DNA from: Malacoraja senta
Lineage: Eukaryota
Direction: 5' to 3'
Length of the DNA stretch: 64,000 nucleotides
NCBI GenBank assembly: GCA_038087875.1
Contig: CM075995.1
Coordinates: forward strand, 11,038,001 to 11,102,000
This document shows, piece after piece, positions 37,241 to 49,818 of the stretch (the stretch's first letter is position 1; the number at the start of each line of letters is the position of its first letter). The notes under the pieces were generated by a model that saw nothing but the letters and a program-made list of their open reading frames with translations, was not told where the DNA came from and ran no database searches. A program made the translations under genes and the position numbers.

Positions 37241-37569
37241 CACCTCCGATTTCTGGATTCTTTCTCTATTTAGACAAATAGTCGGCGCCATTAGTCCTAC
37301 TACCAAAATGCACGACTCCACACTTTTCTACACTGTATTTCATCTTCCACGTCTTTGCCAACTCTGTCCTTATGCAGAGTCCCTAATTTCTCTCACTAGT
37401 TGTCCCTCCAACCACTTTCGTATCATCTGCAAACGTGGCCACAAAGCCTTCAATCCCCTCATCCAAATCATTAATATACAACGCGATGAGTAGCGGCGCT
37501 AAAACCGACCCCGCGGACTCCTGTAGTCACTGGCAGCAAACAGTAAAACACCCTTTATTGCCACTCTTT

Positions 37570-37855
37570 AGAAACATAGAAAATAGGCCCTTCCAGCCAT
37601 CACCGCCATTCAATATGATCATGGCTGATCATCCAAAATCAGTACCCTGTTCCGGCTTTTTCCCTTAGCCCTGAGAGTAAATCTAACTACTTTGAAAATA
37701 TCCAGTAAATTGGCCTCCACTGCCTTCTGTGACAGAGAATTCCACAGATCCACAACTCAAATTTCGTTGTACCTTAATTGGTACACGTGACAATGAATTG
37801 ACCTTGAATCCTTGTCTGGGTAAAATAGTTTTTCCTCATCTCAATCCTAAATGAC
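37570..37855 (-). mobile_element. CR1 3' end fragment
   Basis: AGAAACATAGAAAATAGG tail and reverse-complement match to the CR1 3' UTR. Confidence 0.7.
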
Positions 37856-39367
37856 CCCCCCTTCCCTCCCTCTCCCCCCATCTCCTCCCTCTCCCCCCCT
37901 CTCCCCCCCTCTCCCCTCCCCCCTCTCTACCCACTCTCTCCCCTCTCCCTCCCTCCCTCTCTCTCCCCCTCTCTCCCGCCCCTCTCTCTCCCCCTCTCTC
38001 CCCCTCTCTCCCCCCTCTCTCCCCTCTCTCCCCCCTCTCTCCCCCTCTCTCTCCTCGCTCCTCCCCTCTCCTCCCCTCCCTCCCCCTCTCTCCCGCCCCC
38101 TCTTCCCCGCCCCCCCTCTCTCCGCCCCCCTCTCTCCGCCCCCCTCTCTCCGCCCCCCTCTCTCCGCCCCCCTCTCTCCGCCCCCTCTCCGCCCCCCTCT
38201 CTCCGCCCCCCTCTCTCCGCCCCCCTCTCTCCGCCCCCCTCTCTCCGCCCCCCTCTCTCCGCCCCCCTCTCTCCGCCCCCCTCTCTCCGCCCCCCTCTCT
38301 CCGCCCCCCTCTCTCCGCCCCCCTCTCTCCGCCCCCCTCTCTCCGCCCCCCTCTCTCCGCCCCCCTCTCTCCGCCCCCCTCTCTCCGCCCCCCTCTCTCC
38401 GCCCCCCTCTCTCCGCCCCCCCTCTCTCCGCCCCCCTCTCTCCGCCCCCCTCTCTCCGCCCCCCTCTCTCCGCCCCCCTCTCTCCGCCCCCCTCTCTCCG
38501 CCCCCCTCTCTCCGCCCCCCTCTCTCCGCCCCCCTCTCTCCGCCCCCCTCTCTCCGCCCCCCTCTCTCCGCCCCCCCTCTCTCCGCCCCCCTCTCTCCGC
38601 CCCCCTCTCTCCGCCCCCCTCTCTCCGCCCCCTCTCTCGCCCCCTCTCTCCGCCCCCCTCTCTCCGCCCCCCTCTCTCCGCCCCCCTCTCTCCGCCCCCC
38701 TCTCTCCGCCCCCCTCTCTCCGCCCCCTCTCTCCGCCCCCCTCTCTCCGCCCCCCTCTCCGCCCCCTCTCTCCGCCCCCCTCTCTCCGCCCCCCTCTCTC
38801 CGCCCCCCTCTCTCCGCCCCCTCTCTCCGCCCCCCTCTCTCCGCCCCCTCTCTCCGCCCCCCTCTCTCCGCCCCCCTCTCTCCGCCCCCTCTCTCCGCCC
38901 CCCTCTCTCGCCCCCCTCTCTCCGCCCCCCTCTCTCCGCCCCCCTCTCTCCGCCCCCTCTCTCCGCCCCCTCTCTCCGCCCCCCTCTCTCCGCCCCCCTC
39001 TCTCCGCCCCCCTCTCTCCGCCCCCTCTCTCCGCCCCCCTCTCTCCGCCCCCCTCTCTCTCCCCCCTCTCTCCCCCCTCTCTCCCCCCTCTCTCCCCCCT
39101 CTCTCCCCCCTCTCTCCCCCCTCTCTCCCCCCTCCCCTCCCCCTCTCCCCCTCTCTCCCCTCTCTCCCCCCCATCTTTTACCCCTCTCTACCCCCACCTC
39201 CCCTCGCTCTCCCCCCTCACTCCCCCCTCTCTCCCCCTCCTCTCTCCCCATCTACCCCCCTCTCTCCCCCTCTCTCTCCCCGCCTCTCTCCCCCCTCTCT
39301 CTTCGCCCTCTCTCTCCCCCCTCTCCCGCCTCTCTCCCCCTCTTCTCTCCCCCCCTCTCCCCCCCAC
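37855..39367. repeat. C/T-rich minisatellite, core (CTCTCTCCGCCCC)n of ~13 bp
   Basis: Direct reading; regular core ~38110-39050 with pure C/T flanks. Confidence 0.97.
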
Positions 39368-39484
39368 TGGATAGTGTGTGCGGGGGTGGTAGTGGTGGTT
39401 GGTGTGTGTGTGACGCCACAGCCCCCCCCCCCCCGCAACCGCGCATTGACGGGGCGGGACGAAACCGGTCCCACTTGGTCTAGT
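39368..39484 (+). mobile_element. Probable Helitron 3' terminus
   Basis: Hairpin GGGAC-GAAACCG-GTCCC (39456-39472), 7-nt spacer, CTAG (39480-39483), then T. Confidence 0.6.
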
Positions 39485-39561
39485 TAAACTTAATTCTGAA
39501 CAACTTTCTGACCATGAGCACGTCCCATCTCAAGCCGCCTTCACATAGCTATCTGGGAAAC

Positions 39562-39880
39562 GGTTTAGTTTAGTGTATTATTGTCACGTGTACCGAGATA
39601 CATTGAAATGCTTTTTTTGTTAGGTGCTATCCAGTCATCAAAGAGACTATGCATGATAACAATCAAGCCGTGAACAGTGCACCGATATAGAACAGAGGGA
39701 TTTAAATTTCGTGCAAGATCCAATAAAGTCCGCTTATATAGAAAGTCAGAAGGTCCCCAATTTGAGGCAGATGGTTGGTTAGGACCGCTCTCTAGTTGGG
39801 ATAGGATGGTTCAGTTGCCTGATAACAGCTGGGAAGGAACTGTCCCGGAATCTGGAGGCATGCGTTTCCAAATATTTGTG
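39562..39880 (-). mobile_element. Rex/Babar-like LINE 3' end
   Basis: (AAACT)n tail and similarity in reverse complement to 22730-22980. Confidence 0.55.
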
Positions 39881-40350
39881 CCTGAAGCAGGTGGGTACCT
39901 CAGAACGATGTAGGAATAGATGAAATATTACCGTGAACACTCTCGCTAGTTGATCCGGGCAATTTCGTTCCGACCGGTTGCTTTCCGTCGATTTACCTCA
40001 GGGAAGGCCGATCTAACTTTTGCAATATTGACTCTTTGAAAAAGTGGAATGAACCGCAAACATATGATCTACCGACACGCGACTTGTTTATCAGCCCTGA
40101 GTTCCGGGATTGGAAGCTGAAGCCTGGCTTTGATACCTCCAACTCCCTGACTCCGCGCCAATCCGGTGAGAGGAATAACTTTCTGTTGGTATACAGGCGC
40201 CGTCGCATGATAATAACGGGCCCCTCTCACCCCAGTCTATGCACACTGTACTATTATGTGTAAGTATAATTTAATTGTTGTTTGTGTTTGAAATAGATTG
40301 GGGTGTTGCGGTGAATAGCGTGGTTGACGGAATGGAACCAAAACGTTCAG

Positions 40351-40512
40351 TAGACAATAGACAATAGGCAAGAGACAACAGGTGCAGGAGTAGGCCATTC
40401 GTTCCTTAGAGCCAGCACCGCCACTGTGATCGTGGCTGATCATCCACAATCAGTACGCCGTTCCTCCCTTCTCCTCATATCCTTGAGTCCGCTACTTTTA
40501 AGAGGTCTATCT
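40351..40512 (-). mobile_element. CR1 3' UTR fragment
   Basis: GGTGCAGGAGTAGGCCATTCG...GCTGATCATCC is the reverse complement of the CR1 3' UTR. Confidence 0.75.
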
Positions 40513-40526
40513 TCAGGTTGATCATA

Positions 40527-40562
40527 CGACCGTGACAGGACTCGAACCTGCAATCTGCTGAT
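40527..40562 (-). pseudogene. tRNA-Arg-like 3' half relic
   Basis: Minus strand ATCAGCAGATTGCAGGTTCGAGTCCTGTCACGGTCG with intact T-arm/B box; resembles the vertebrate tRNA-Arg(TCG) 3' half; no 5' half found. Confidence 0.65.
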
Positions 40563-40639
40563 GACATCGCATAAAAATGATATCACAGCCCCGTTGGCTT
40601 TCTGCTCAATTGGTGTAATCTCCAGGACCGGACAACTAT

Positions 40640-41582
40640 ACCAACGACTGCACCTTCACAAACACCTCTATCAATCTTCTCAAGTTTGTGGACGACACAA
40701 CTCTGATTGGGCTGATCCAGGATGGGAGGAATCTGCCTACAGACAAAAAGTGACACAGCTGGCGTCCTGGTGCCTTCGCAACAACCTGGAGCTCAATGCT
40801 CTTAAGACAGTGGAATTGATAGTAGACTTTCGGAGAGCTTGCCCTCCCCTCCCCTCCCCCCACTCACGATCAACAACACCACAGTCATATCTGTGGACTC
40901 TTTCAAGTTCCTTGGAACCATCATCTCCACGGACCTGAAATGAGGGGCCACCATCGACTCCACAGTCAAAAAGGCCCAACAGAGGATGTGTTTCCTACGG
41001 CAGCTGAGGAAACACAATCTGCCACAGGCAATGATGGTCCAATTCTATACTGCCATCGGAGGGTCTGTCCTCACGTTCTCCATCATGGTCTGGTTTGGAT
41101 CAGCCACCAAGCATGACACCCGGAGGCTGCAGCGAATCGTTCGATCAGCTGAGAAGGTTGTTTGCAACCATTAACAAACTGTACACTGCAAGGGACAGGA
41201 AGCGAGCGGGTGAGATCATCTCTGACCCATCTCCCTCTGGCCACAAACTCTTTGAAGAACTTCCCTGTGGAAGGCGACTCCGGACGTTCAAAGCCGCCAC
41301 AGCCAGACATAAAAATAACTTTTTTCCACGAGTAGTAGCTCTACTCAATAACCAAAAGTCTGTAGCCTTATTTTGCGCTGGTATTTTATTTCATTCACAT
41401 GTTTAAACTGTAATGTTTTATTATTAATGTTTATTGTTTTACGTGTCATTCTTAATTGTTACAGTATGCTGTTTTGTTACTTGCGAGCGGAGCACCATGG
41501 TAAATTCCTTGTTTGTGTACATACTTGGCCAATAAACTTATTAATTAATTCATTCATCCATTCATTCTTTCATTCATTCATT
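40640..41582 (+). mobile_element. Rex1/Babar LINE 3' part
   Basis: KFVDDTTLIGLI, WCLRNNLELNALKTVELIVDFR, FLRQLRK; (ATTC)n tail. Confidence 0.85.
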
Positions 41583-42469
41583 ATGTTCATCAGAAGGAGG
41601 GGCACACTATTACGAGCGAAGTTGCCTGGCCTCGCTTTCCAGCCAAAATTAGAACAAGAAACGAAACTACTTTCCTTCAGACGCTGGCAGCTAATCAGGG
41701 GAAAACAGCACAACCAATTATCCAGCTTGAAAACCATTCCACCACACACAATATTTTCCTTTGCATGGTACTGGGAATGTCAACACAACACTGTGACTTA
41801 CATGAAGGAAACCGTTTGGTGATTCCGATGGCTAAAGGACAAGGAATATTTACCAACCTGAACGTTTTGGTTCCATTCTGTCAACCACGCTAGTCACCCG
41901 CATTTCCACAATCTATTTCAAGCACAGACAACAATCAAATCTCATTATTTCCCACATTCCAACCATTACTCCCAGACATATCCACTCAGCTACACATCAT
42001 AACATTAATATAGTGGCGATTGATGTGCGAGAATGGATATTCCATTAAAAACGACACACTCATAAAGGGGGGCAGCATTTGCTCGGATAACAGAAAGGGG
42101 TGCACGTTGTGCCAGTATCGATTCTGACATGTCACAAACCACCGTGTATTAATTAAAGCCCAGTGAACGGAAACTTCGTGCACAGTTTAGCAAGTCAGCA
42201 GAACTGCTGGTTTGGGGGAGGGGTATCCTTTCTCTGGCGGAGCCTTGTTGAAACAATTCAGAGAACAAATCAATATCGAAACGTAATAATGACATGCTCT
42301 GTCGAGAAATCAAACTGTCCCCTCATTCTAACCTAAGAGGCGGATGGTAGCAAGGTCAGACCTTGTGTCTCTCCTGACCCAGTCAGTGAGTGCAAATCAC
42401 TAGAATAGTCACAGGCAAGATAAATTCCAGCCTCACGGTAGACCGGAGTTACTGAGCTTTGATGGGTGA

Positions 42470-43355
42470 TCCACTGAGTAACCCACCAAAAATGCCTAAG
42501 GACTTAATCACCCAATTTGCTGATCTTATCTCTAACCTTTTTCCCAAATTGACAGAGTCTTGATTCCTGGTGATTTTAGCATTCATGTCTGCTGTCCTAC
42601 TAAGCCTCTGGTGAGTGAATTTATGCACCTGTTTGAGTCCTTCAATCTGCCTTTACTCACCAATGGACCCACTCCAAGCTTGGCCATACACTCGACCTGG
42701 TGCTATCGTGTGGTCCCCCCAATTTGTAATATAGAAATTATTGATGCTTGTCTGTCAGATCATAGTGCAATTATATTTGATGCATCTCTGCCTTTCACTC
42801 AAAATCTCATCTCCCTGTTCGCTACTCCCGCTACATAAACTCATTGATTGCCAGTAAGTTCTCTAAGGCTCTCATAGCTGTTCCCGACAACTGCACCATC
42901 GAAGCTTCTCCCCCCCACCCACACCCCCCCCAATCTCAGCACTGACGATCTCATTCTTATATTCAATACCACTTGCACATCCATCCTGGATTCAGTTGCT
43001 CCTCTTAAAATTAAAAAAGCCTAAGCCTAAAGTTTGGCCTTGGCTCAATGACACTACCAGAGCCCTAAGAAGAGAGTGCAGAAAATCAGAACGGAAGTAT
43101 AAATGTGATAAGCTCCAGATTTCATTCGAACTTCTGAGAAGCAATTTTCTCAAATACCAAGAAGCAGTAAAGTCTGCGAGAACACAATACTTCTCCGACC
43201 TTATTTCCAAAAACTCTCAAAATTCCAAGGTCCTATTTAGTAATATTATCTCTGTCATATGTCCTGCCCCAGTACCAGCTTAGCTGGGTCGCCTGCCAAG
43301 TGCGAAGAATTCTCTGCTTTTTTCACCAGTAAAGTTGAGAACATCAGAACTAATT
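42470..43355 (+). mobile_element. L2 LINE, 5' part (EN remnant)
   Basis: GDFSIHV, SDH, PWLND...R..ERK; continues at ~47047 after the CR1 insertion. Confidence 0.8.
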
Positions 43356-46300
43356 TAGGGAGTTAGGAGGGGAGTTAAAGAGTGGGACAGCAAAGGTAAC
43401 AATCTCGGGATTACTGCCTGTGCCACGCGACAGTGAGAGAGGGAATGGAGCAAGGTGGAGGATAAATGCGTGGCTGAAGGACTGGTGCAGAGGGCAGGGA
43501 ATCACATTTCTGGATCATTGGGACCTCTTTTGTGGAAGGTGCGACCTGTACAAAAAGGATGGGTTTCACTTGAACCCGAGGGGGACCGATATCCTGGCGG
43601 GGAGATCTGCAAAGGCTACTGGGAGACTTTAAACTAGAATGGTTGGGGGGAGGGACTCAAATAGAGAAAGCTATTAGACAGTGTGTGAGGCAGGAGGCAG
43701 AGAAGGAAAGCACTCAGACCCAACATGTAGGGGGGAAAGAAGAAAACAAAAATAAACAGAGAATAAGAGGTGGTGGGGTTCTTAAATGGGTGAGCAGAGA
43801 AACAGAGGGTGTAAAATGCGGGCGGAAGCAATAGGTAGCAAGGTGAAAAGTAAAAGTGGCAGGCAGACAAATCCAGGCAAAAATCAAAAAGGGCCACTTT
43901 TCAACATAATTGTATAAGGGGTAAGAGCGTTGTAAAAACAAGCCTGAAGGCTTTGTGTCTGAATGCAAGGAGCACTCGTAATAAGGTGGATGAGTTGAAC
44001 GTGCAGATAGCTATTAATGATTATGATTGTGGAACAGTCTCCGGAGACTGTTCCACAACCAACTCTCTAACTGCCCCACCTCCTCCGCCTTTTTCCTTTT
44101 TTCCTTTCTACTCCCCACCCCCTATCAGTCTGAAGAAGGGTTTCGTCCCGAAACGTTACCTATTTCCTTCGCTCCATAGATGCTGCTGCACCCGCTGAGT
44201 TTCTCCAGCATTTTTGTGTACCAATGATTATGATATGGTCGGGATCACGGAGACATGGCTCCAGGGTGACCAAGGCTGGGAGCTGAACATCCAGGGATAT
44301 TCAATATTCAGGAGGGATAGAGAGAAAGGAAAAGGTGGTGGAGTAGCGTTGCTGGTTAGAGAGGAGATTAACGCAGTGGAAAGGAAGGACGTTAACTTGG
44401 TGGATGTGGAATCGGTATGGGTAGAGCTGCGAAGCACTAAGGGGCAGAAAACGCTGGTGGGTGTGTACACGCCACCTAGCAGTAGTAGTGAAGTTGGGGC
44501 TGGCATCAAACAGGAAATTAGAAATGCGTGCAACAAAGGCAAAACAGTTATAATGGGTGACTTCAATCTATATATAGATTGGGTGAATCAAATTGGCAGG
44601 GGTGCTGAGGAAGAGGATTTATTGGAATGTATGCGGGATAGTTATCTAAACCAACATGTAGAGGAACCAACGAGAGAGCAGGCTATTCTAGACTGGGTAT
44701 TGAGTAATGAGGAAGGGTTAGTTAGCAGTCTTGTTGTGTGTGCCCCCTTGGGCAAGAGTGACCATAATATGGTTGAGTTCTTCATTAGGATGGAGAGTGA
44801 CATTATTAATTCAGAAACAACGGTTCTGAACTTAAAGAAAGGTAACTTTGAGGGTAAGAGACGTGAATTGGCCAAGATTGACTGGCAATTAGTTCTAAAA
44901 GGGTTGACGGTGGATATGCAATGGAAGGCATTTAAAGACTGCATGGATGACTACAAAAATTGTTCATCCCAGTTTGGCAAAAGAATAAATCAGGGAAGGT
45001 GGTGCATCCGTGGATAACAAGGGAAATCAGGGATGGTATCAAAGCAAAAGATAATGCGTACAAATTAGCCAGAAAAAGCAGCATACCAGAGGACTGGGAG
45101 AAATTCAGAGACCAGCAGAGGAGGACAAAGGGCTTAATTAGGAAAGGGAAAATAGATTATGAAAGAAAACTGGCAGGGAACGTAAAAACTGACTGCAAAC
45201 GTTTTTATAGATATGTGAAGAGAAAGAGATTAGTTAAAACGAATGTAGGTCCCTTGCAGTCAGAAACAGATGAATTGATCATGGGGAACAAGGCTATGGC
45301 GGACCAATTGAATAACTACTTTGGTTCCGTCTTCAATAGGAAGACATAAATAATCTGCCGGAAATAGCAGAGGGACCGCGGGTCAAAGGAGATAGAGGAA
45401 CTGAGAAAATCCAGGTTAGTCGGGAAGTGGTGTTGGGTAAATTGAATGGATTAAAGGCCGATAAATCACCAGGGCCAGATAGGCTGCATCCCAGAGTACT
45501 TAAGGAAGTAGCTCCAGAAATAGTGGATGCATTAGTGATGATTTTTCAAAACTCTTTCGATTTTGGAGTAGTTCCTGAGGATTGGAGGGTAGCAAACGTA
45601 ACCCCACTTTTTAAGAAGAGAGGGAGAGAGAAAACGGGGAATTACAGACCAGGTAGTCTAACATCGGTAGTGGGGAAACTGCTAGAGTCAGTTATTAAAA
45701 ATGGGATAGCAGCACACTTGGAAAGTGGTGAAATCATTGGCAAAGTCAGCATGGATTTACGAAAGGTAAATCATGTCTGACGAATCTTATAGAAATTTTC
45801 GAGGATGTAACTAGTAGAGTGGATAGGGGAGAACCAGTGGATGTGTTGTATCTGGACTTTCAGAAGGCTTTTGACAAGGTCCCACATAAGAGATTAGTAT
45901 ACAAACTTAAAGCAAACGGTATTGGGGGTTCAGTATTGATGTGGATAGAGAACTGGCTGGCAAACAGGAAGCAAAGTGTAGGAGTAAACGGGTCCTTTTC
46001 ACAATGGCAGGCAGTGACTAGTGGGGTACCGCAAGGCTCAGTGCTGGGACCCCAGCTATTTACATTTTATATTAATGAACTGGATGAGGGAATTGAAGGC
46101 AACATCTCCAAGTTTGCGGATGACACTAAGCTGGGGGGCAGTGTTAGCTGTGAGGAGGATGCTAGGAGACTGCAAGGTGATTTGGATAGGCTGGGTGAGT
46201 GGGCAAATGTTTGGCAAATGCAGTATAATGTGGATAAATGTGAGGTTATCCACTTTGGTGGCAAAAACAGGAAAGTAGACTATTATCTAAATGGTGGCCG

Positions 46301-47046
46301 ATTAGGAAAAGGGGAGATGCAGCGAGACCTGGGTGTCATGGTACACCAGTCATTGAAAGTAGGCGTGCAGTTGCAGCAGGCAGTGAAGAAAGCGAATGGT
46401 ATGTTAGCTTTCATAGCAAAAGGATTTGAGTATAGGAGCAGGGATGTTCTACTGCAGTTGTACAGGGTCTTGCTGAGACCACACCTCGAGTATTGCGTAC
46501 AGTTTTGGTCTCCAAAGCTGAGGAAGGACATTATAGCCATAGAAGGAGTGCAGAGAAGGTTGACCAGACTGATTCCTGGGATGTCAGGACTTTCATATGA
46601 AGAAAGACTGGATAGACTTGGCTTATACTCGCTAGAATTTAGGAGATTGAGAGGGGATCTTATAGAAACGTACACAATACTTATGGGGTTGGACAGGCTA
46701 GATGCAGGAAGATTGTTCCCGATTTTGGGGAAGTCCAGGACAAGGGGTGACAGCTTAAGGATAAGGGGGAAATCCTTTAAGACCGAGATGAGAAAACACT
46801 TTTTCACACAGAGAGTGGTGAATCTCTGGAACTCTCTGCCACAGACGGTAGTTGAGGCCAGTTCATTGGCTATATTTAAGAGGGAGATAGATGTGGCCCT
46901 TGTGGCTAAAGGGATCAGGGGGTATGGAGAGAAGGCAGGTACGGGATACTGAGTTGGATGATCAGCCATGATCATATTGAATGGCGGTGCAGGCTCGAAG
47001 GGCCGAATGGCCTTCTCCTGCACCTATTTTCTATGTATCTATGTAT
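43356..47046 (+). mobile_element. CR1 LINE (family C) from the ORF1 end to the tail, inserted in L2
   Basis: Esterase tail DGFHLN, EN, RT with C-terminal ORF 45819-46952; frameshifts. Confidence 0.95.
44028..44222 (+). mobile_element. 195-bp non-autonomous Penelope derivative with hammerhead motif
   Basis: 12-bp TSD AATGATTATGAT (44016-44027 / 44223-44234); matches ~58589-58629 and ~62265-62407. Confidence 0.9.
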
Positions 47047-48760
47047 CTAATATTTCCCCTCCCACCCGTGACCTAGCTGTCTCTTTGGTCTGTTCTTCTA
47101 AATTAGACTGTTTCCAACCCGTTACTCTATCCTCCCTAGTAAACCTTGTGCCTACTAGAAACTTGCAACCTGCCCCCTTGACGTTGTTCCCACTGCCCTT
47201 CTGAAGGATGTCTTTGCAATAGTCGGTTCCAGTATCCTCTCTATCATCAACAGTTCTCTGGCCACTGGCACTGTTCCAACCTGCTTCAAGCACGCGGTGG
47301 CCCACCCACTCCTGAAAAAACCTAACCTAGATCCCATCTTGCCTAATAACTGCAGACCTATTTCCAAACTGCCTTTCCTCTCAAAAGTCCTTGAAAAGGT
47401 AATTCTAAACTAACATGCCATAGCTACACCAAAATTCCATTCTGGAAAGTTTCCAATCAGGTTTCAGGGCCCAACACAGCACAGAGTCTGCCTTGTTGTA
47501 AGGTACACAACGACCTGCTTCTCGCCATCGACTCCGGCGATTGTACAATCCTGCTCCTTCTCGACCTTAGCGCAGCGTTTGATACAGTGGACCATACCAT
47601 CTTAATTGACCACCTCCGGTACGGGGTTGGTGTTCATGGCATTGCCCTGAGCTGGTTCGTTTCCTACCTAAAAAACAGGAGTTTCTCTACCAACATAGGC
47701 AATTCCTTCTATTCCCCAACTAGCCTTTTCTGCGGCGTCCCACAAGGCTCCATCCTTGGCCCCATTCTCTTCTCTCTCCACATGCTCCCCGTCGGCCAAG
47801 TCATTCAAAAGCATGGCATGTCTTTCCACTGCTATGCAGATGACACACAGCTCTATCTCCCCCTGAAACCCAACAATCGGTCTAATTTAAGCAGCCTCGA
47901 TGACTTAAAATGCTGGATGGCTCAGAACTTCCTCCATCTTAACGAGAGCAAGTCTGAAGTCCTCCTATTCGGCCCATCCGACCCCATTAAAACGATAACA
48001 GGCAGCCTTGGTAGCCTAACCTCCTTAGTCAAACCGCACGTCAAAAACTTTGGCGTGATATTTGACTCCGCATTAAAGTTTGACAAGCAAGTCAACTCTG
48101 TGGTAAAAGCTGGTTTCTTCCAGCTTCGTACAATAGCTGAAATCAAATCATTCCTCAAATTCGACGTCCTTGAAAGAATCATGCACGCATTCATCTTTTC
48201 CCGCCTTGACTTCTGTCCCGTCTACAATTGGTCCAAAACGCCGCAGCAATACTTCTGACGGGTACCCGTAAAAGGGACCACATCACCCCGATCCTGGCCT
48301 CTCTCCACTGGCTCCCAGTACGATATAGAATTAACATCAAGCTCCTTTTATACGTTTACAAAGCCCTTAACTGGCGTGCCCCACCCTATATCAAAAATCT
48401 TCTAACCTCCCCCCCAGGTCGGCCGACTTGGGGATACTGACTATCCCGCGGTTTAGGTTTAAGCTCAGGGGTGACCGCGCTTTTGCGGTTGCAGCATCTA
48501 AACTGGGGAATAGCATCCCGCTCCTCATCAGAACTGCACCCACCATCGACTCCTTTAAGTCACTAGTCAAAATCTATTTCTACACCCTAGCGTTTTTGAG
48601 CCCCGCTGAGGGGACGCTCTAAACAGTTTATGTATGTATTGTTAGGTCTGTCTACCGTTGTATGTATCCAATTTAGTACCCGCACTGATCTGAAGCACTT
48701 TGGTCAACGTGAGATGTTTTTAAAAGTGCTATACAAATACATTTATTATTATTATTATTC
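47047..48760 (+). mobile_element. L2 LINE, 3' part (RT)
   Basis: LLDLSAAFDTVDH, GVPQGSILGP, HCYADDTQLY, HITPILASLHWLP, GDRAFAV; (ATT)n tail. Confidence 0.92.
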
Positions 48761-48939
48761 TCAAAAAGAGTAAGTGAAATTAGAACATTGGCAATAGTGC
48801 GATTTGAACAGACGGCCCCACAGAGGGGGCAGTGTGAAGCCACCACGTTGGGCCGCTCGTCGACAACATGGCCCACATATGCGAAACATATTCTCGAATG
48901 TGTTGACTTTGAGTCAATAACCTAATGTGAAGTGCCGCC

Positions 48940-49004
48940 GGCTTGTTTGTTGAGAGGTATGATTCCCGCTTCGAGAGAACATTGTTCAAACCCCGAACGA
49001 GCCT
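48940..49004 (+). pseudogene. tRNA-Pro pseudogene with anticodon region deleted
   Basis: GGCTTGTTTGTTGAGAGGTATGATTCCCGCTT-CGAGAG...GTTCAAACCCCGAACGAGCC aligns by eye to vertebrate tRNA-Pro. Confidence 0.7.
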
Positions 49005-49057
49005 ACTTTATGCCTATGTTGTCTGGATTGGAGAGTATTAAATAAAAGTAGAGCACA

Positions 49058-49330
49058 GGGCGGCACAGTGCGGTAGTGTTACAACCTTACCGCGCCAGAG
49101 TCCCGGGTTTGATCCTGGCTACGGGTACGGAGTTTGTACCTTCTCCCGTGAGCTTGTGGGTTTTCTCCGAGTGCTACAGATTTCTTCCACAGTTTAAAGA
49201 CGATCAGTTTTTTTAAGGTTAATTGGCTTCTGGAATTGTAAATTGTGCCTGGTGTGTGAGCGCTCAGGATAATTGCTGGTCGACGCCTGATGGGTGAGCT
49301 GAAGGGCCTGGTTCCACACTGTAACTCTCG
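49058..49330 (+). mobile_element. tRNA-derived V-SINE (HE1-like)
   Basis: tRNA-like head, V-core GAGTTTGTACCTTCTCCCGTG...GTGGGTTTTCTCCG, CR1-like tail GAAGGGCCTGGTTCCACACTGTA. Confidence 0.75.
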
Positions 49331-49818
49331 AGCGTAAAGAGAGATTGAACAGAATTGTATTGCTTTCTCTACCGCATTAGAGACCGAAAGGAGATCTGAT
49401 GGGTATAAAGTTACTCGAGACATCAAATGGGTCTGTCTCTCCTGCAGGGACGGAAATGTCAAAAGAATACCTTTCTCGTAGAAGAAAAAGAAAGTTTAAA
49501 ATAAATACACGATGATAGTTTTGTTGAAAGACAGCGGCATGGGCTTGAAACGCGCTGTCAAGTGTGTGATGCAAGCAGATAAGGTAGTCGTTCTTCTGAA
49601 GCATCTTGACCGACATCAGAAAATGCAGGGAATAGTTGGATACGGGTCATTTGCAGGCGGATGGAACAACTTTAATTTCCCATCATTGTTAGCACGATTA
49701 CGTGGGCCGAATGGCAATTCATATGTTTATGCACTGCCCTGCCCTTTGATCGATGTGACCAGTTACACAGAAATTGGGTAGAGATGGAAAAGAGCCAATT
49801 GCATTGTCACCAGAAAGA

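Noticed and set aside
37836..39474. Long Pro/Ser- and Gly/Glu/Arg-rich ORFs (415-507 aa)
   Set aside because: Artefacts of a stop-free minisatellite that is open in several frames on both strands
46283..47023. Antisense ORFs over CR1 ORF2 (also 35935-36453, 24113-24514 and others)
   Set aside because: Recurrent shadow frames of CR1 coding sequence
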